This document shows positions 52,128 to 63,606 of a stretch of 64,000 nucleotides of DNA, piece after piece. Position 1 is the stretch's first letter, and each line of letters starts with the position of its first letter. The translations under genes and the position numbers were made by a program. The notes beneath the pieces were generated by a model. The model was given only the letters and a program-made list of their open reading frames with translations. It made no database searches and was not told where the DNA came from. This DNA comes from Octopus vulgaris (Eukaryota): the NCBI GenBank assembly GCA_951406725.2, contig OX597828.1, forward strand, positions 3,596,001 to 3,660,000, given 5' to 3'.

Positions 52128-53039
52128 AGATACACACGCATTCCCCGCCATTACATCCTCCGCCCACCATATATATATAAATGTGAGGCAACAAATTTAC
52201 AGTTACTGAAAGAAATGAAATACTATGCGCCCAACAGATCAGATTATAAAACAGGGCATTTTATATTTCTCTAGCTTAGGTACGCATGGAATTTATGAGA
52301 GTATTAATTTTATTTTAATTCATTTTACGGATTGAAAATATTTACGAATTGATTTGTTGACAATGTTGCGTAATGACCCCATAGATGCAGATTCTTAGAA
52401 TTTTATTAATACGAGCGTATGAATTCATCATACTCGCTCCCAACGGACAAAGTGTAATTTTGAAATCTGCTCTAGGTATTCATCAATAACCTTTATGCTC
52501 CACGTTTCTGGGACTATGCAAATTGAATGCCTTGTATTTTAGAACAAATGAAGATGCAACAGCAAGCAGTTATACAGAAGAAATAGTTATTAGGAAGAAA
52601 AATCTAAGATAGTTCAATTGCTATCAAAACATTATCAGCAATATATTTAAACTGGATAAGTAGGACATATTTTAGATTGGAAAAGGTATTAGAAATATTC
52701 CAGAAAATATATCGAAGGTAGCACCAGTGAAATAAATAGATGAAATGGTAGAGACAAGAAAATACTGTCTAAGCAACTGACTACTTTGACAGATTATTTA
52801 AGAAATTACATCAAATTCAGCTGATTGATGTAATATGTCGAATTGAATGAATATAAATAAATCGATTTTAACTTTTGGTTTTATATTAAATGTATCCTAC
52901 CAGACTGGTTTATAATTAAATATTTTCATCTGAGCTGCTTTTCTCGTCTATTGTGAACGCAGAAGTTGAAGAACTTCTGAAAACAGTTAAAAAAAATAGT
53001 AATATAAAACTGAACTACATATATATGCACACACACACA

Positions 53040-53219
<180 letters not shown>

Positions 53220-54304
53220 CACACATACGTGTATATATATATGTATGTATATATATACAAATGTATATATATATATTTATACACACACATATGTATACGC
53301 ATATCTACACACGTACATACATATGCATATACATGTAAGTATGTATGTATATATGTATGTATGTATGTATGTATGCATGTATGTATAAGTTGTAATACTG
53401 CTTTTGGGAAAGTACAAATATTTCAATATATTAAACTGGCATTGTTTATTTTTGCTCTGTAAATCTCATTACCAATAGCTTACGAGTTTAAAGATAAAAA
53501 TAAATATATATCATATTACAGAGGTTCCTATATTTGCCCAATAATCGTATTTACTATGAAATATATAACCATCCATAAAAATATGAACAATAGCTATGAT
53601 CGCCTACATACATACATACATACATACATACATACATACATGTATTTATGTAAGTATGCACACATACATATATTGGATATATTTGTCAATTGTAAGATAG
53701 AGCTTAAATTGTGAAATAAAAATATATATTTTATGATGTGAAAATGGAAAATTTCAAACTTTATTTTTTCTTTCTTCATTCGATGTATTTTTTAAACATC
53801 GGAAATGTAAAGAAAGAAAATGTTTATATGAAATATTTTATTTTAATATTTTAATATTATTTGTAAAACTGAAAAGTAAAAGTAATCTAATAATAAATCT
53901 GATATATACTGTTTGTAATATCAAATTGTGTGTCGCATGAATGGTGTTGAAATTATCGTTTTCTACCTTTAGATAACTAAAGATAAACAAAATGAGTTTT
54001 TGTTGGATTCAGCTGCAATACAGTTACCAATATGTATGATTAAATCACACAACTCTTATATGTATAAGTATGCGGTGCCTCCCTCTGCAGGTTTCTCTCT
54101 TTCTCAGCTATACACGATGCATATATATATAAACTTGTGTGTGCATCATAACTACGTTTACTATTAAACACCTAGAATCAAAAGACATACGCATATATAT
54201 ATATATATACACATTTATACAAAGAGAGAGAGAAAGGAGAAGCATATATTTGTTTGTATACGCACGCGCACACAAATACATATTCATTTGTATATACATA
54301 CATG

Positions 54305-54305
<1 letters not shown>

Positions 54306-54391
<86 letters not shown>
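54306..54391. repeat. (TATC)n microsatellite
   Basis: Direct reading. Confidence 0.95.
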
Positions 54392-54392
<1 letters not shown>

Positions 54393-54720
54393 CCTATATG
54401 CATATATTTTTCACTGTGTACATGTTGTGTTGCTTGGTGTAAATATTCTGTCAGTGTCATTCAGGTTCTAAAAAAAGATAAACAACAAGAAAAACAAAGC
54501 ATTTGGCGCCTGAGATTTCTCTCACTTTGCGTAGTATACGTTATAAGTCAAAGCCGAATAGATATCAGACCAATGCAAAAGTACTTCAGTGCGAATGCGT
54601 TCCTTACAGCGCATGCTCAAAGGAACACGCATAAGCAAATAACACAATGAAATGTCAGTCCGAGCAACTACCTCATACATACATACATACATACATACAT
54701 ACATACATGTATTGTATATG

Positions 54721-54757
<37 letters not shown>

Positions 54758-54899
54758 TAAACACACACACACACGTACACACACACACACACGCACACAC
54801 ACACATATAGCTAGAGGAGAAATATGACATCCAGGCAGATATAAAATTTCTCTGAGTAAATTGCCAAGACTGTTTTTTTTTTTTTTTTGGTAATCCGTG

Positions 54900-55764
54900 T
54901 CGGTCTATTATACTAACTAGAAATAAACTTGAAATTTCAATGTTCAAATTCGTCATTTTCCTTATTTTTAATTTAGATAATTAAGGTAAACAAAGTTCTC
55001 TTTTTATCTAAAATATGCTCTCCTTTATTTTCTACAATGCTCTTCCATCTATCTGGCAGTTTGCAATGTCCTTCTTTCAAAATTCACCTGTCCGTAACGA
55101 AAATATTCCTGCAGTACTGTTTGGCCTCGTCTACAAAATTCATATTTTTTCCGCCCAAATGAATTTGAAGACTGCAGAATAAATGATAATCAGTTGGGTT
55201 TAACGTTTCCCATTCAAACTGTTCCAGTCTTTGGAATGTCATCCTCGCTGCATATGGCCGAGCATTATCCTGATGGAAGTACACCTTCTGTCTTGGAATC
55301 AAAGAAGGTCGTTTTTCTTCTAGTGCTGACTTAAATGACTGGTTGAAAGACCAAATTCAAGCTTCTCTGCTAGTTCTTCTACAGTTACGATCGAGTTCTA
55401 CAGATCCTGAGGCTCGTGTTGTAGGCTCTAGTTCCAGGCTCGGAATTTCTGAAACCACCTTTGGCACTGGCTTACACTTATTGTCCGATCCGCATAGACT
55501 GCATTAATATTCCTCGCACTTTCCTTTGCGTTGTTGCCTGTATTGAACTCAGAAAGCAAAGTATGTCCAATATGCTCCTTTGTCACTTCCGTTATAACTT
55601 TGGAAAACTAACTTTTAAAATCAAATTGCGCTCTTCAAAATTTGCACTAAGAATAAGTACAAGGTAAAATTACTACCTACTTTTATAGCAATTTGATAGT
55701 TTATCCCGTCCTCTTCCGACTTTAGTTCATGAAATTGAAAAAATTGCATTATCCATGGGCTGAC

Positions 55765-55768
<4 letters not shown>
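54900..55768 (-). mobile_element. mariner transposon, internally deleted
   Basis: Minus-strand start TA-TTGGGTCAGCCCATGGATAATGC; MEVTKEHIGHTLLSEFN, FHQDNARPY, PTDYHLFCSLQ. Confidence 0.88.
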
Positions 55769-55822
<54 letters not shown>

Positions 55823-57882
55823 ATGTTACATTACTCGGTAGTCAAGATAAAACTCTGAGTTTCAGATGCCGAAGTGGAAATCCACAACACCATCTCTTCG
55901 GTTATCTGGCTATTTGCTATCGGATAAAATCCAAAAAATTCCCTCCTAGGATTAAAGGCTTGGAAGATTTCGAAGCGGACCTGCTGAAGATCATGAGCAA
56001 AATAAAGTTTCGTAAGTCTTTTAACAATTTCCAACATAAATTGAAAAAAGATATTGATCATATAAAAAGCTCCAAGAAAAAAGCACTTTTTTCGGATAAA
56101 ACCAAGAACTTATACCTGGTAGATAACAGCAAATACACACAACTCTTACACAACAGCATCATTAATAATTATACTAAGGCTAGGGCACAGACATATAACG
56201 AAATTAATAAAGAAGCTAGCGTCATCGCCGCTAAACTTAAATTAGATAAAAAAATAGAAACCCTCCCCCAAAAAGAGGCCTTTATTACTATTAAAGACCA
56301 CAAAGAAAACTTCCTTTCCAATCCTAAATGTAGGCTTATCAACCCAGTCAAGTCAGAACTAGGGATTATTAGCAAAGAAATTTTAGATAAAATAAATACG
56401 AAAATTAAGACCGATACTAGGCTAGTGCAATGGTCCAATAGTATAGAAGTCATAGACTGGTTTAAAGCTATTAAGAATAAGAAAAAAGCGAGGTTTACAC
56501 AATTCGATATTGTTGATTTTTATGCCTCTATCTCTAAAGAACTGCTAGATAAAGCCCTAATCTTCGCTAGTGACTTCATAGAAATTAGTACCAATGATAA
56601 GGATATAATCTTCCATGCTAGAAAGACATTACTTTTCAGTGAGAATGCAAAGTGGGTAAAAAACACCGACACGGAGGGCGCTTTCGATGTGAGCATGGGT
56701 TCATATGATGGGGCAGGCATCTGTGATCTAATTGCACTCTTTCTCCTAGATACCTTCAGTAAGACATTCCCTAACGTACATTTCGCCATCTACAAAGATG
56801 ATGCCCTCGCCTTAACAGCTAATACAAATGGACCAGCACAAGATCGTTTTAGGAAGGATATTATCCAGTTAATGAAACACTTCGGACTTAGTATAACTAT
56901 AGACACTAACCTGACGGTTGTCAATTTCTTAGACGTTTCCTTAGATCTTAATAATAATATTTATAAGCCTTATAGGAAGCCCAATGATAGACTAAGTTAT
57001 ATTAATGTAGGTTCATGCCATCCCCCTATAGTATTCAAAAATTTAGTTAAAAATATTAGTAAGAGGATTTCTAGCCTCTCATCTAATGAGGACATCTTCA
57101 ATAGCGTTGCCCCAGTTTATAATAAAGCTTTAAAAGATAGTGGTTTTAGCGAAAAAATAAAATATACACCTATCACCAGCCCAACAATAAGGAAAAGGAA
57201 TAATAGAAATAGGAAGGTCATCTGGTTTACGCCCCCTTACTCACCCGAGGTGGCCTTCAATATAGGTAAATATTTCCTAGCACTGATAGATAGACATTTT
57301 CCAGTTAACCATGCTTATAGGAAACTCTTCAATAGACACAATTTAAAAATTAGTTTTAGTTCAACTACCAATTTTAAAAACATAATCAATCATAACATAC
57401 AAAAAACACAAGAAGAAAACAGCTGTTCATGCAGAAATAAAGAATTGTGCCCGCTAAATGGAGCTTGCATGTCCAAGACCATCATATATGAAGCTACCGT
57501 AAACTCTATAACCACTAAAGACACCGTTTCGACGAAGAAATACGTGGGCCTGACAGAGGGTAATTTTAAGGCCAGGTTCAATAACCACACTTTGAGCTTT
57601 AGGCACTGGAACAAAAGAAAAGCGACACAATTATCCAATCATATTTGGTCTTTAAGAGATAAAGGTGTCGATTATAACATACAATGGAAGATTTTGGCCA
57701 GATGTAAGCCCTATACTAACGGCAGCGGAAGGTGCGGTTTATGCGACATGGAGAGATGGCTTATCTGGAAAAGCAGCTTAGACCCTACCACATGTCTAAA
57801 TACAAGGACAGAGCTTTTCGGATCATGCCCACATGTGACTAAATTTCTGTTACGTTTTTGGTCCCCTAAAGAAAACGGATAG
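55729..57882 (+). CDS. PLE reverse transcriptase + C-terminal GIY-YIG endonuclease (true PLE coding from about 55920; upstream part is chance read-through)
   Basis: KDHKENF..NPKCRLINP, FDIVDFYASI, SMGSYDGA, YKDD, VNFLDV, CSCRNKELC linker, IIY...KYVGLTE...RFNNH, CGLCDME; no stops. Confidence 0.93.
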
Positions 57883-57916
57883 AACATGCTTTCTGTGTTA
57901 TGTCCCAAGAAGATTT

Positions 57917-57970
57917 TATATATTTTTATATATTTTTATATATTTTTATGTATTTTTATATAATTTTTAT
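57917..57970. repeat. 12-bp tandem repeat (TATATATTTTTA) in PLE 3' UTR
   Basis: About 4.5 copies. Confidence 0.8.
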
Positions 57971-58071
57971 GACGAAAAATGCGAGCGATGTATAAGTACG
58001 CAGGCAAAGCAGAGTTATAACAGAGTAATTTCCCTTCATTTTTAACGGTATTTTTTCATAACGTTTTCAAA

Positions 58072-58145
58072 TAGCCAGATAACCGAAGAGATGGTGTTGT
58101 GGATTTCCACTTCGGCATCTGAAACTCAGAGTTTTATCTTGACTA
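58072..58145 (+). ncRNA. Type I hammerhead ribozyme of PLE family A (also 55839-55912 minus and both arms at 36.7-36.9 kb)
   Basis: Stem I AGATAA/TTATCT, core CCGAAGA, stem II GATG..GTGG-ATTT-CCAC..CATC, GAA, stem III ACTC-A-GAGT, predicted GUU cleavage after 58133. Confidence 0.8.
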
Positions 58146-58330
58146 CCGAGTAATGTAACATATTGTATAGATAAATTTCCTCTATTTACATAATATTGAG
58201 GTCTCTTTCTTTCTTTTGTTATCTTACCGTTTTATCAATATATATATATATATATATATATATACATGCAGTCATACATGCATACATGCATACATACATA
58301 TATGCATACATACATACATACATATATATA

Positions 58331-58373
58331 TTATTGGCTAAACTGGCCAAAATGACCATTCCAATATATAACA

Positions 58374-58378
<5 letters not shown>
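58331..58378 (+). mobile_element. PLE family B terminal fragment
   Basis: TTATTGGCTAAACTGGCCAAAATGACCATTCC...AACAATATA matches 15894-15940. Confidence 0.8.
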
Positions 58379-58427
<49 letters not shown>

Positions 58428-58620
58428 TATAGTTGAAATTTACAGAAAATCAAAAGACGAAGTCATGTGTATGAACAACAAGCAGGTGTATTAGTTTGAC
58501 GCTCGGGAAAGTGAGAAAGTCTTTTATGTTTCGAGCCTACGCTCTTCAACAGAAATGAATATGAGGAAATAAACAGAGAGAGAATAAAAGAAATGTGAAT
58601 TTTGCAATCAAACATGATGA
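58428..58620 (-). mobile_element. PLE-type family C 3' end
   Basis: Homologous to 61863-62017; carries a minimal HHR; abuts (TA)n; may extend further right through the GT-rich tract. Confidence 0.7.
58520..58557 (-). ncRNA. Minimal type I hammerhead motif, CUGUUGA core
   Basis: TTT-CTGTTGA-A-GAGC-GTAG-GCTC-GAA-ACAT-A-AAAGA. Confidence 0.7.
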
Positions 58621-59453
58621 CTGGTTGGGAAAAAATAGTTTCAAAGGAGAGCTAGGAAGTAGGGGATGCCAAAACGAAGGTGCGCTTGCATGTCTGTATG
58701 TGAGAGTGTGTAAGTGTGTGTGTGGATAGGGGTCAGAGACTTTGGCGTTTAGGTGTGTGCGTGTGGGAGTGCGTGGGTCTGTAATGTATGGGTTTGTGGA
58801 TGATGGTGTGTGGTGTGGGTACTGGAGAGTGGTCAGTGCTAGTGTGTGTGGAGTTGTGTGGGATGGTCTGATGTGGTGTATTGTAGTCGTGTGCGGCGTG
58901 TTGTAGTGGTGTGTGGTGTGTTGTAGTAGTGTGTGGGGTGGGGTGCGGGGATGTGAGATTGGGGTGAGGGTGTGGGGTGAAGATCTGGGTGGAAGTATTG
59001 GATATTACAACACACACGTCAAACAGCGTCCTCCTTCGAAATCTTCCGGCGAAATCTGTTCTTTGGAGTATCTTCTCTCATTTGGAATTAATCATGGTTT
59101 TGCCATTACCTGTTCGTTTACCCTGTTCGCGAAGGAAAGTTATTACAAATAAAAGAAGAATTTATCTTGTATGTTATTTAATATCCCTTCATCGTTATCT
59201 GTATACCACAAGTATTGCCTCAGTTATTTTCCTTGCTCGTTTTCGTTTATAAACATAAATACAATGTACGTCTGTGCTCACATGAGTGTGTGTGTACACA
59301 CCTCTGTGTGTGTTTCTGTGTACTTATGAGTGCGCATGAGTCAACATCTGTGGGAAAAATACAAACTGACGTATTTAGATGTAAATTTGTCTACAGTTGT
59401 TATGCTCACATTTTTTGTTTTTGTAAATTAGAAAACGGCTTTCTATCTGTATG

Positions 59454-59586
<133 letters not shown>

Positions 59587-60039
59587 GTATATATATATAT
59601 CTACGCGTCGTAGCATTTGCCCAAACGCGTGTGAACGATATTTCACAAATATATTCATGTACGTGTCTTCATGCGCGCAAGTGCGTGTAAAAAGTAGCTG
59701 CAAAGACCTGAACTAAAGATAATAGACGATACAAATTTGCTGGAACCCTAACATTTATAACAACGCTTCAATAATTTTCTCCGAAAAAACATTCAACTTT
59801 TATATTATTCACATACTAACTGATAAAATATTCAATTTCTAATGCCTTCTCTGTTTGTATATGCTTCTGACATTGTTAGACATGCGTGATTGTCTGTGAC
59901 ATGAATGGCATGTAGAGTTCAAGACTTTCTGATTGCTGTTGCTATTGGTTGTGACGTGTCACGTTCTACCTTTTTACAATTTTGCTGACATTGTAAATAA
60001 TCTGTTACGTTTTATATATCAACGAAATATATCTTTTGT

Positions 60040-60225
60040 CTTTCTTTTACAGTTTACTCATTTCAGTCATTAGACAACAGCCATTGAAGAAGTTTTAGCC
60101 GCATGAATCGACACCATTACGTATTTTTTTAAAGCCTGGTACTTAGCTATACCGCTACATTACTGCGGACGTAAGCACATCAATATCGGTTGTTGAGCGG
60201 AGGTGGGGAACAAACACAGACAAAT
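60040..60225 (-). mobile_element. SINE family A, degenerate 3' half
   Basis: TTTCAGTCATTAGAC, AAGCCTGGTACTTA, ATCGGTTGT motifs. Confidence 0.65.
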
Positions 60226-60240
60226 AGAAATATATATTGC

Positions 60241-60304
<64 letters not shown>

Positions 60305-60307
<3 letters not shown>

Positions 60308-60422
60308 GGTCCCGGGTTGATTCGGGGTTAACCACAGTAAATAAGGTACTCAATACATAGCAGAGTAAAATTAATTTATTATATAGAAGGAGCTTCTACA
60401 GGACTAGAACTTATATAATAAA

Positions 60423-60427
<5 letters not shown>
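60305..60427. mobile_element. Mini PLE-type end with short inverted copy inside (TA)n
   Basis: 16-bp inverted repeat 60370-60385 / 60412-60427 with a 65-nt tail on one side; long (TA)n both sides. Confidence 0.5.
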
Positions 60428-60510
<83 letters not shown>

Positions 60511-60513
<3 letters not shown>

Positions 60514-61062
60514 TGGTTGTCTACTCCTTATGCAGAGGTTGACCACCTCCTGTACCTACACCATAGCACCATCATGTCATCTGATGTGGCTTTTAAAACC
60601 AGATAATGTTCTGAAAAGACACCCACATAGATTTCACATTTGGACCACCAAGAGCCACAGATAAGTTCTGATCTGTGTGGTTCTTAAAATGTATTTTGAG
60701 GCCTCCGTTAGATTTGAAAACCTCCTGGCATACACTGCATTCAAACGTGTGCACAGACATGTGGGCATAATAGTTGGTAGAGGTTCGTTTTCCATGGGTT
60801 TGCAAATAAGCTCTGGGCCCAGCAAAAGAAAGACATGGTATGTCACAAACTGTGTACACGAAAAGGTCATTGTCATTTACCTTTTCGATCGTTATATTAT
60901 TCCTTAGATCTCTTTTGAGTCTTACATGCGTAATCCTGGCCTCTTCAAACGCTTTCACTCCGCTCCACACTTGTTTTCGCCAGCCAACTCGCTCCGAAGT
61001 AAGGGTTTCTATGTCTTCTGGATCCATTCCAAGTGACTGCATATTAGTCATTATGGCGTCCT
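60511..61062 (-). mobile_element. RTE LINE 3' end encoding tandem C2H2 zinc fingers
   Basis: ETLTSERVGWRKQVWSGVKAFEEAR (RTE C-terminal helix), then VCDIPC..YLQTH, CSVCQEVFKSNGGLKIHFKNH and a frameshifted third finger ..FRTLSGFKSHIR*H. Confidence 0.85.
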
Positions 61063-61065
61063 CAA

Positions 61066-61862
61066 ATGAGATGGAATCAAAAGTTTCGCGGACTAGGTCT
61101 GTAGCATGCCACCAGATGGCAGCACACGGTGTGTTGGGATCATGTGTATACTGAAGTCTACGATGTCATGGTGGTCAGCAGCAGAGAGCCAATGAGAAAT
61201 TTTGCGTTAAACTTGGGACGTTTGATACAAAGACATTGAATATGCTTCGGCAATAGGTCACACATAATGTTTCGTGAGGAGCGGGCGCTTTAAAAGCGGG
61301 AAAACGCCCTTGGAAGACAATGAGCAATCTTGAAGACCTGCCGTGAGTTTCACCCCCGGAAATGTGCTATTGTACATCGATAATTCGAGCGCCTGACTGT
61401 CTATCGAGAGTTCTACTGTGTTGTTTTGAAGCAATGGAGGGAAAACATTCAGGAATGTGACCAGATCTGGGAAGCGTGAGGAATTGGATTCTTCACGACG
61501 ACAAAGCATATTGTCACCAAGCTCTTCTCACTCGTGAGTTTCTCGCCAAAACGAACATGGTATCGCTTCCGCACCCTATTTGCCAGATATAGCACCTGTG
61601 AAATGCGATCTCTTCCCCAAAAGGAAAATGTAGCTCAAAGGTCACCGTTTTAGCACCGTTGGCGAGATCCAGAGCGAGTTATAGAACGTACTCCAATCGC
61701 TTACGGAAAACAATTTCCAAGCCGTATACCAAGAGTATCTTGAACACTGGGACCGGTGTGTAGCTGCGTTAGGTCACTATTTGGATCGAAGGAGATAAAA
61801 TTTAGGTAAATAAGTTATTTTTTATTGAACATAACTAGTCCCGGACTTTTTGATACCACCTC
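61066..61862 (+). mobile_element. mariner transposon, internally deleted, both TIRs
   Basis: GAGATGGAATCAAAAGTTTCGCGGACTAG and CTAGTCCCGGACTTTTTGATACCACCTC; QRANEKFCVKLG, WILHDDKA, LPDIAP. Confidence 0.88.
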
Positions 61863-62016
61863 TCCGTGCTTGTTTTCTGTGTATCTTTCTGTTGAAAAGC
61901 GTAGGCTCGAAACGTAAAAGACTTGTTTTATTTATATTCCTGAGCGCCATACTAATACAATTGTTGTTTGTATTCCATCTGCCTTCGTCTTTTGTTTATT
62001 TTCATAAAGCTTCCCG

Positions 62017-62017
<1 letters not shown>
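61863..62017 (+). mobile_element. PLE-type family C 3' end
   Basis: Collinear with the reverse complement of 58428-58570; ends in (TA)n. Confidence 0.75.
61884..61921 (+). ncRNA. Minimal type I hammerhead motif, CUGUUGA core
   Basis: TCTTT-CTGTTGA-A-AAGC-GTAG-GCTC-GAA-ACGT-A-AAAGA; 5-bp stem I, palindromic ACGT, GUA site. Confidence 0.75.
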
Positions 62018-62054
<37 letters not shown>

Positions 62055-62440
62055 GATATATGAAATCCGTGCTGTCTGTCTGTCTAAATGTCTTCTATTA
62101 TTTCCCGCATCCTCCATGCAATTGCGCTCAACTTTGATATGTAGATACCGACGGTATCAGGGCGTGTATATTTCTTGAAAGAAATTACAAAAATCGATTC
62201 CAGGTGAGAATGCGATCAATAAAGCCGTGGGAACGTGCATTTGTAAAATCGTTTTTCTTGGAATAGAAAAAAAACTGTCTTTATTTCTTTTTTTGCTGTT
62301 GTCTCAAATTTAGGTTAAATCTGTGTTTCTCAAAGGGGAGGCCTGTGGGACGGTCGGAGAAGGTGTTTTGAGAGAAAATTTCGTTTAAATGTTTGACAAC
62401 TCAGCACCGTCCATTGGACGGGAGCGTTTTGCTCACGTGT
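62055..62440 (+). mobile_element. Possible non-autonomous Helitron-like fragment
   Basis: TA-rich start, (CTGT)n, then AATTGCGCTCAACTTTGATATG, a layout seen in small Helitron derivatives; no CTRR end found. Confidence 0.3.
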
Positions 62441-62441
62441 G

Positions 62442-62490
<49 letters not shown>

Positions 62491-62492
<2 letters not shown>

Positions 62493-62779
62493 AGGCGCAA
62501 TGGCCTAGTGGTTAGGGCAGCGGACTCGCGGTCGCAGGATCGCGGTTTCGATTTCCAGACCGGGCGTTGTGTGTGTTTATTGAGCGAAAACACCTAAAAG
62601 CTCCACGAGGATCCGGCAGGTGGTGGTGATCCCTGCTGTACTCTTTCACCACTCTTTCTCTCACTCTTTCTTCTGGTGGCCTGCTCGCTTAGCCAGCGGG
62701 GAGGCGCCATTCGAAGGCTAAAACAATGCGAACGCATTGTGACCAGCGATGTGTAACAACATCTGATGGTCTGGTCGGT

Positions 62780-62786
<7 letters not shown>
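62491..62786 (+). mobile_element. tRNA-derived SINE family B, full length, inside (TA)n
   Basis: A/B boxes; 3' stem-loop GACCA..GATGT..ACATC..TGGTC; ends GGTCACGTGA; (TA)n on both sides. Confidence 0.92.
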
Positions 62787-62833
<47 letters not shown>

Positions 62834-62837
62834 TTAA

Positions 62838-62994
62838 CAAGCTTTCAATTTCCGTCTACCAAATCCAGTCAATCGGATTTGCTCGGCCCGAAGCTATAGA
62901 AGAAGATACTTGCCAAATATGCCACGCAGTGAGACCGAACCCTATACCATGTGGTTGGGAAGCAATCTTCTTACCACACAGGCACCCTTGCACC
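62838..62994 (-). mobile_element. SINE family A, degenerate 5' half
   Basis: TTCCGTCTACCAAATCCA...CCATGTGGTTGG...CTTACCACACA. Confidence 0.8.
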
Positions 62995-63344
62995 TATATC
63001 TATATAATATTTAATCTTTGCAATGAAAGATATTTATGATGATTTAACACGTACGAAACGGTGGGAGTGATTCCCTTCAGCAAACTGCATTGCCTTACAA
63101 CTCATAGAGAAAAACGCATGTACACGATGTCTAAAATAAAACAGAACAGTCACGGCTGGAATGCATTTTGCATATGTCTGGCCCAGAGGAGGAAAGTTAC
63201 ACACGTTAATCCCCCCACTCTCTCTCTCACACACACACACTCATACAAATATAAACAAACAAGCATGTGCGTTTCTGCGATAATTTGGTAAGTGGTGGCG
63301 AGTTTTACAATAATATTTTAATAATCTTTAAGCTCTTAAAAATT

Positions 63345-63355
63345 ATCATTATTAC

Positions 63356-63437
<82 letters not shown>

Positions 63438-63438
63438 T
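63345..63438. repeat. (ATT)n microsatellite
   Basis: Direct reading. Confidence 0.95.
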
Positions 63439-63565
63439 ACAGAATTGTAAAACTCGCCACTGCTTATCAAATCGTTGGGGAAAACGCACGTTTGTTTCTT
63501 TTTAAAAACAACACTGAAATTATAGTTCTAAAATTTGAGAGGAAAATGTGCAAGGGTGTGTATGT

Positions 63566-63606
<41 letters not shown>

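Larger units (their letters stand above)
55815..58238 (+). mobile_element. Young 5'-truncated Penelope-like element (family A, probably Hydra-group) with inverted pLTR
   Basis: 55819-55916 is the exact reverse complement of 58068-58165; open RT + GIY-YIG frame; (TA)n on both flanks. Confidence 0.96.

Noticed and set aside
55819-58165. 98-bp inverted repeats read as DNA-transposon TIRs
   Set aside because: The enclosed ORF is RT + GIY-YIG, not a transposase, and the right copy extends about 73 nt further; this is an inverted PLE pLTR.
58690-59150. His/Thr/Pro-rich ORF and adjacent short ORFs
   Set aside because: Derived from a degenerate GT-rich low-complexity tract; no domain recognised.
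60593-61051. Host C2H2 zinc-finger gene
   Set aside because: Preceded in frame by RTE C-terminal sequence, lacks TGEKP linkers, is damaged, and ends in a LINE-type 3' terminus.
62491-62565. tRNA gene
   Set aside because: Continues into a SINE body also found at 1451-1616; the cloverleaf is incomplete.
62741-62786. CTGATGG in the SINE B tail as a hammerhead core
   Set aside because: No GAAA partner; the bases sit in an ordinary 3' stem-loop.
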